A stretch of DNA of 62,978 nt, counting the filler, from Octopus bimaculoides (lineage: Eukaryota): NCBI RefSeq assembly GCF_001194135.2. It is 5 parts of 5 records of this genome, joined end to end, with 100 filler letters (N's around TTAATTAATTAA, not from the genome) between each part and the next. Parts side by side here need not be neighbours in the genome. Positions count along the whole stretch, not along the records: positions 57,371 to 62,978 come from NC_068988.1; 4 more parts are not named here. One strand, given 5' to 3'. Position numbers and translations under genes: made by a program. This document shows positions 58,144-62,978 of this stretch, in pieces; the first letter of the stretch is position 1, and each line of letters starts with the position of its first letter. The notes under the pieces were generated by a model. That model was not told the DNA's origin. It made no database searches and saw nothing but the letters and a program-made list of their open reading frames with translations.

Positions 58144-58893
58144 TATAGTGGGTATCAGCATTGACCATTATATTATGACGATTCTGCAACAAATGTTTCT
58201 TTTGTTCGTTCGACAGCCGGAACTTTCTTCCCCAGAGAATCACATACAATCGGTGCATTCTTTATAGACACTTTATACTGACCATACAAGTGAATCTTGT
58301 ACAGGATCGTCGTAATGACCACTCGGTACTTCCCAAAGGTCAAGCTTTTTAAATTACTGTCCGTTCGTTACTCGTCATCTATTGGATAGGTATTTACATT
58401 GTTTGCGTCTACTCAATTTTCACTATCAGTGTTTGGAACGACTGTTCTGGGAATATGGTGATAGAGATGTGAGGAGGCTTAAGAATCCAGATTCTGTGAA
58501 AGTTGACAACGATGTGTACCAAAAGACAATGGTGACAATTATGGTAAATCCATGAAAATTTGTTTTATTGCTGTCAATGTTTTGATTAATTTGAGGAGTG
58601 GGAATGTTGAAAATTCTGGTCATAACAACACTTCGTCAATAGCCGGCGGAAATGATAAAGGAGGGAAGAAGTCATTCGGTATAGACTCTACTACGTGAGT
58701 AGGAACACGATATAAACATCACACGGCTCTTGTTTTTTATTGTTGTTGTTATCTTAATTTAGCCTCAGGTCAGCTCTGAAAGAACGGAGCTATGAAAACA
58801 GCTACAAGATCACCTTTCCAGTCTTTGATATACCGAACCCCTTTTTTAATCCACATTAAATTACCTGTATAATTTACAAGTACCTGTATTTTT

Positions 58894-59143
58894 CAGACCG
58901 GGCGTTCTGAGTGTTTATTGAGCGAAAACATCTAAAGCTTCACGAGGCTCCGGCAGGGGATGGTGGCGAACCCTGCTGTACTCTTTCACCACAACTTTCT
59001 CTCACTCTTACTTCCTGTTTCTGTTGTGCCTGTACTTCAAAGGGTCAGCCTTGTCACATTGTGTCACGCTGAATATCCCCAAGAACTACGTTAAGGGTAC
59101 ACGTGTCTGTGGAGTGCTCAGCCACTTGCACGTTAATTTCACG
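58894..59143 (+). mobile_element. SINE family C, 5'-truncated
   Basis: CAGACCGGGCGTT...CACGAGGCTCCGGCAGGGGATGGTGGCGAACCCTG...CTACGTTAAGGGTACACGTGTCTGTGGAG, the reverse complement of 39770-39950. Confidence 0.85.
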
Positions 59144-60019
59144 GCCATGCTGGGGCATCGTCTTTTGAATGATTTCAGTCGAGCAGATCAGCCTTGGTAA
59201 TTGTATTTATTTNNNNNNNNNNNNNNNNNNNNNNNNNNNNNNNNNNNNNNNNNNNNNNNNNNNNNNNNNNNNNNNNNNNNNNNNNNNNNNNNNNNNNNNN
59301 NNNNNNNNNNNNNNNNNNNNNNNNNNNNNNNNNNNNNNNNNNNNNNNNNNNNNNNNNNNNNNNNNNNNNNNNNNNNNNNNNNNNNNNNNNNNNNNNNNNN
59401 NNNNNNNNNNNNNNNNNNNNNNNNNNNNNNNNNNNNNNNNNNNNNNNNNNNNNNNNNNNNNNNNNNNNNNNNNNNNNNNNNNNNNNNNNNNNNNNNNNNN
59501 NNNNNNNNNNNNNNNNNNNNNNNNNNNNNNNNNNNNNNNNNNNNNNNNNNNNNNNNNNNNNNNNNNNNNNNNNNNNNNNNNNNNNNNNNNNNNNNNNNNN
59601 NNNNNNNNNNNNNNNNNNNNNNNNNNNNNNNNNNNNNNNNNNNNNNNNNNNNNNNNNNNNNNNNNNNNNNNNNNNNNNNNNNNNNNNNNNNNNNNNNNNN
59701 NNNNNNNNNNNNNNNNNNNNNNNNNNNNNNNNNNNNNNNNNNNNNNNNNNNNNNNNNNNNNNNNNNNNNNNNNNNNNNNNNNNNNNNNNNNNNNNNNNNN
59801 NNNNNNNNNNNNNNNNNNNNNNNNNNNNNNNNNNNNNNNNNNNNNNNNNNNNNNNNNNNNNNNNNNNNNNNNNNNNNNNNNNNNNNNNNNNNNNNNNNNN
59901 NNNNNNNNNNNNNNNNNNNNNNNNNNNNNNNNNNNNNNNNNNNNNNNNNNNNNNNNNNNNNNNNNNNNNNNNNNNNNNNNNNNNNNNNNNNNNNNNNNNN
60001 NNNNNNNNNNNNNTAATAA

Positions 60020-60395
60020 TTCTTTCTATTCTAGGCACAAGGCCTTAAATTTTGAGGGAGAAGACTTGTCGATTACACCGACTCCAGTGTCTTACTGGTA
60101 CTTAATTTATCGACTCCGAAAGGATAAAAGGCAAAGTCGATCTCGGCGGAATTTGAACTCAGAACGTAACGCCAGACGAAATACCGCTAAGCATTTCGCC
60201 CGGCGTGCTAACGTTTCTTATTCCTTTATTGCCTACAAGGGGCTAAACATAGAGGGACAAACAAGAACAGACAAAGGGAAAGGATGAAAGGCAAAGTCCG
60301 ACCTTGGCGGAATTTGAACTATGAACGTAGCGACGGGCGAAATACCGGTAAGCATTTCGCCCGGCGTGCTAACGTTTCTGGCAGCTGGCCGCCTT
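60020..60395 (-). mobile_element. SINE family B head-to-tail dimer (one copy with tail B2, one with tail B1)
   Basis: 60020-60216 is a B1 copy. 60217-60280 is the B2 tail (TTATTGCCTACAAGGGGCTAAACATAGAGG) joined to a second core and head at 60280-60395. Confidence 0.85.
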
Positions 60396-60984
60396 TCGCT
60401 GCCTTAATAATAATGATGACGACGACGGTCATGATGATGATGATGAAAAGAAAGGAAAGAAGGGGACATTGCAATGATGTAGTCTTGGATACACTATGTC
60501 TGGAAAACAAAACCCAAACAGAAAAACAGCCGGGCGGTGTTATGTTCAGTGATCTGGAAATTAACAACAAAAACAAACCTTGTATAATTTATAATTTATA
60601 CTCGACGTGCTGGAAATAACAGGTTTGCTAGATAAGTTCGAAACGGGGCGGAACAGTAACAACAACAACAGCAGCAACAACAATAGCTGCAAAAACAGCT
60701 GATAAGCTATTGATTGAATACAAGCTAACTCATACTTACACATATGTAGGTTAGCTTACACACACACAAACATACAAACTCGCACATTTAATATGCTTCA
60801 ACGCACATCGTTTGTAGCTGAGATGCTGTGTGTTGTAGGGATAACAAAAAAAAAAAAAAGAAGAGAGTCTGGTTCTTCCCTTCGTATCATGTTTTAACTA
60901 TAAAGCTGAATGCCTTGCCGAAGGAGACAATAGAATATATATTTTTATTTTTAAATAAATACAAATTGTGGAATTTGTAGGGAG

Positions 60985-61590
60985 GGAACTAGTCAGTTAT
61001 ATCGGTGCGGGCAGTTTATTATAATGGACCCTGGATGGATGAAAGGCAATGTTGATCTCAGTGGGGATTTGAAATCTAAACGTAATGAGTGGGAAAGGAT
61101 ATCGCAAGGGTTTTTTGTCCGACTTTCTAATGATTATGTTACCCAACCTAAAGGTCACGATATAGTAATTATTTCACAAGGCCTTGGAAATTTCGGGGGA
61201 AGGGGGCTAGTCGATTACATCGACCCCCAATGCGTAACTTGAGCTTATTTCATCGACCCAGAAAGGATGAAAGGCAAAGTCGACCTCGGCGGAATTTGAA
61301 CTCAAGAGCGATGCGGCAAACGAAATATCGCTAAGCATTTCACTCGACGTGCTAACGATTCTGCCAGCTCACCGCCTGAATAATAAATAAATAAATAAAT
61401 AAATAAATAATAATAATAATTTCATATTTTGGCACAAAGCCAGCAATTTCGGGGCGGGAGTAAGCCGACTGCACCGCCCCCGACTTCGAAAGGTTGAAAG
61501 AAAAAGTCGGCTTCAGCGGAATTTGAACTCGGAACGTAAAGACAGACGAATGCCGCTAAACACTTTGCCCGGCCTGCTAACGATTTTGCT
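60985..61590 (-). mobile_element. Three SINE family B copies head-to-tail (about 60985-61140, 61165-61378, 61425-61590)
   Basis: GAAAGGATGAAAGGCAAAGTCGACCTCGGCGGAATTTGAACTC and variants, separated by a (TAAA)n/(TAA)n tract. Confidence 0.85.
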
Positions 61591-62324
61591 AGGACGGATA
61601 TAATTCATGCCTTCACTGCCTAATTGAGGCACCTGTATGGTTACGTGATGTGCTAGAAATAGCAACTAAATTCCACACTACCATCGTAAAAGGTATTGGG
61701 ACACATTGAATAATTTTAATATTAGATTTATTATATCTGAACAAAATCTTTGGAAGGATCATAGTAGAGACCATTTTCTTGCTANNNNNNNNNNNNNNNN
61801 NNNNNNNNNNNNNNNNNNNNNNNNNNNNNNNNNNNNNNNNNNNNNNNNNNNNNNNNNNNNNNNNNNNNNNNNNNNNNNNNNNNNNNNNNNNNNNNNNNNN
61901 NNNNNNNNNNNNNNNNNNNNNNNNNNNNNNNNNNNNNNNNNNNNNNNNNNNNNNNNNNNNNNNNNNNNNNNNNNNNNNNNNNNNNNNNNNNNNNNNNNNN
62001 NNNNNNNNNNNNNNNNNNNNNNNNNNNNNNNNNNNNNNNNNNNNNNNNNNNNNNNNNNNNNNNNNNNNNNNNNNNNNNNNNNNNNNNNNNNNNNNNNNNN
62101 NNNNNNNNNNNNNNNNNNNNNNNNNNNNNNNNNNNNNNNNNNNNNNNNNNNNNNNNNNNNNNNNNNNNNNNNNNNNNNNNNNNNNNNNNNNNNNNNNNNN
62201 NNNNNNNNNNNATATATATATATATATATATACAATACATATGTTTGAGTGTCTGTGTTTGTCCCTCAACATCGCTTGACAAACGATACCTTAGGATGAG
62301 AACCCAGCTTCGAAATTACCCCAA

Positions 62325-62370
62325 GACACCTGATGAAGGCTGGAGGGTATATCAGCCGAAACGTTGTATT
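62325..62370 (+). ncRNA. Minimal type-I hammerhead ribozyme motif, probably from a Penelope-like element pseudo-LTR
   Basis: Stem I 5' GACAC (62325-62329), core CTGATGA (62330-62336), one extra A, stem II GGCTG (62338-62342)/CAGCC (62353-62357), GAAA (62358-62361), C-G-T-T with palindromic ACGT, then GTATT (62366-62370) pairing with GACAC apart from one mismatch. Confidence 0.65.
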
Positions 62371-62409
62371 AACAACAAACAATTAGTAATTAGAAATTCG
62401 TTTAGATTT

Positions 62410-62550
62410 TCTTATAGCCTCGGGCCGACCAAAGCATTGTGAGTGGATTTGGTAAACTGAAACTGAAAGAAGCCCGTCGTATGTATATATATATATATAT
62501 ACATATGTTTGAGTGTCTGTGTTTGTCCCTCAACATCGCTTGACAACCGA
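62410..62550 (+). mobile_element. SINE family A, middle part
   Basis: TATAGCCTCGGGCCGACCAAAGC...AACTGAAAGAAGCCCGTCG, (TA)n, GTGTCTGTGTTTGTCCC...CATCGCTTGACAACCGA. Confidence 0.85.
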
Positions 62551-62877
62551 GTACTCGGTTGGTATTTATTGTATCGACTCCGAAAAGATGAACATAATAA
62601 TTGTTTTAGTACCAGAAGAGGAACGGATGAAGAGATATCACAAGAATAAAACTGCAGAAATGGAAGAGAAAGCGAACGCACACATAGATACACACACGAA
62701 CAACTCAAACACGAACGACCTACAAGCAAGCAAGCAAGCAAGCAAACAAACAAACAAAAATGAATAGATGTACTATTTATTACCGACCAAGCTACTTCAT
62801 CACGCTACGTAAGACATCATCATATTCGAAGCAGAATTGAAGCAGAAAAAATATATAACGTAAAACAAAGAGATGGT

Positions 62878-62915
<38 letters not shown>

Positions 62916-62978
62916 TGCCAGATAGGTAAAAAGATATGAAGCTACATTTGTTCATATTGATTGGAACATATTTATAAA

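Noticed and set aside
1-62978. Most ORFs in the supplied six-frame track (poly-X, YI/HT/CV/RE/LS/poly-L/F/I runs)
   Set aside because: They are translations of N gaps or di/tri/tetranucleotide microsatellites and carry no coding evidence.

Overview
This is AT-rich, microsatellite-dense, gap-ridden animal genomic DNA from a draft assembly. The SINE families resemble those of octopus/coleoid cephalopods, but the taxon is an inference from memory, not a database result. I can support no host protein-coding gene, rRNA, true tRNA gene or CRISPR array. The window is mostly transposable-element debris. DNA transposons: a degenerate full-length mariner (225-1480), a palindromic 5'/5' mariner derivative (13392-14274) with a sister half-copy (27072-27665), a DD37D maT-type remnant, a hAT/Buster remnant, a Helitron 3' end, an internally deleted piggyBac with TTAA TSDs, and piggyBac-type MITEs. 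Retroelements: an L1/Tx1-type ORF2 fragment, a probable ORF1, an R4/Dong endonuclease tail next to a (TAA)n array, several RTE fragments, and many tRNA-derived SINEs of at least five modular families (A-E are my working labels). Four artificial 44N-TTAATTAATTAA-44N spacers split the window into five stitched segments, and several gap-flanking duplications look like uncollapsed haplotypes or misordered contigs. The most interesting signals are: (i) a ~10 kb domain (about 43-53 kb) where SINE copies show strong CpG-specific decay, implying a germline-methylated domain, probably an unannotated gene body; (ii) a minimal type-I hammerhead ribozyme motif of the Penelope-like kind at 62325-62370; (iii) head, core and tail swapping among the SINE families; and (iv) several fold-back structures. 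Repeat boundaries were read by eye and are approximate unless a TSD or TIR is quoted.
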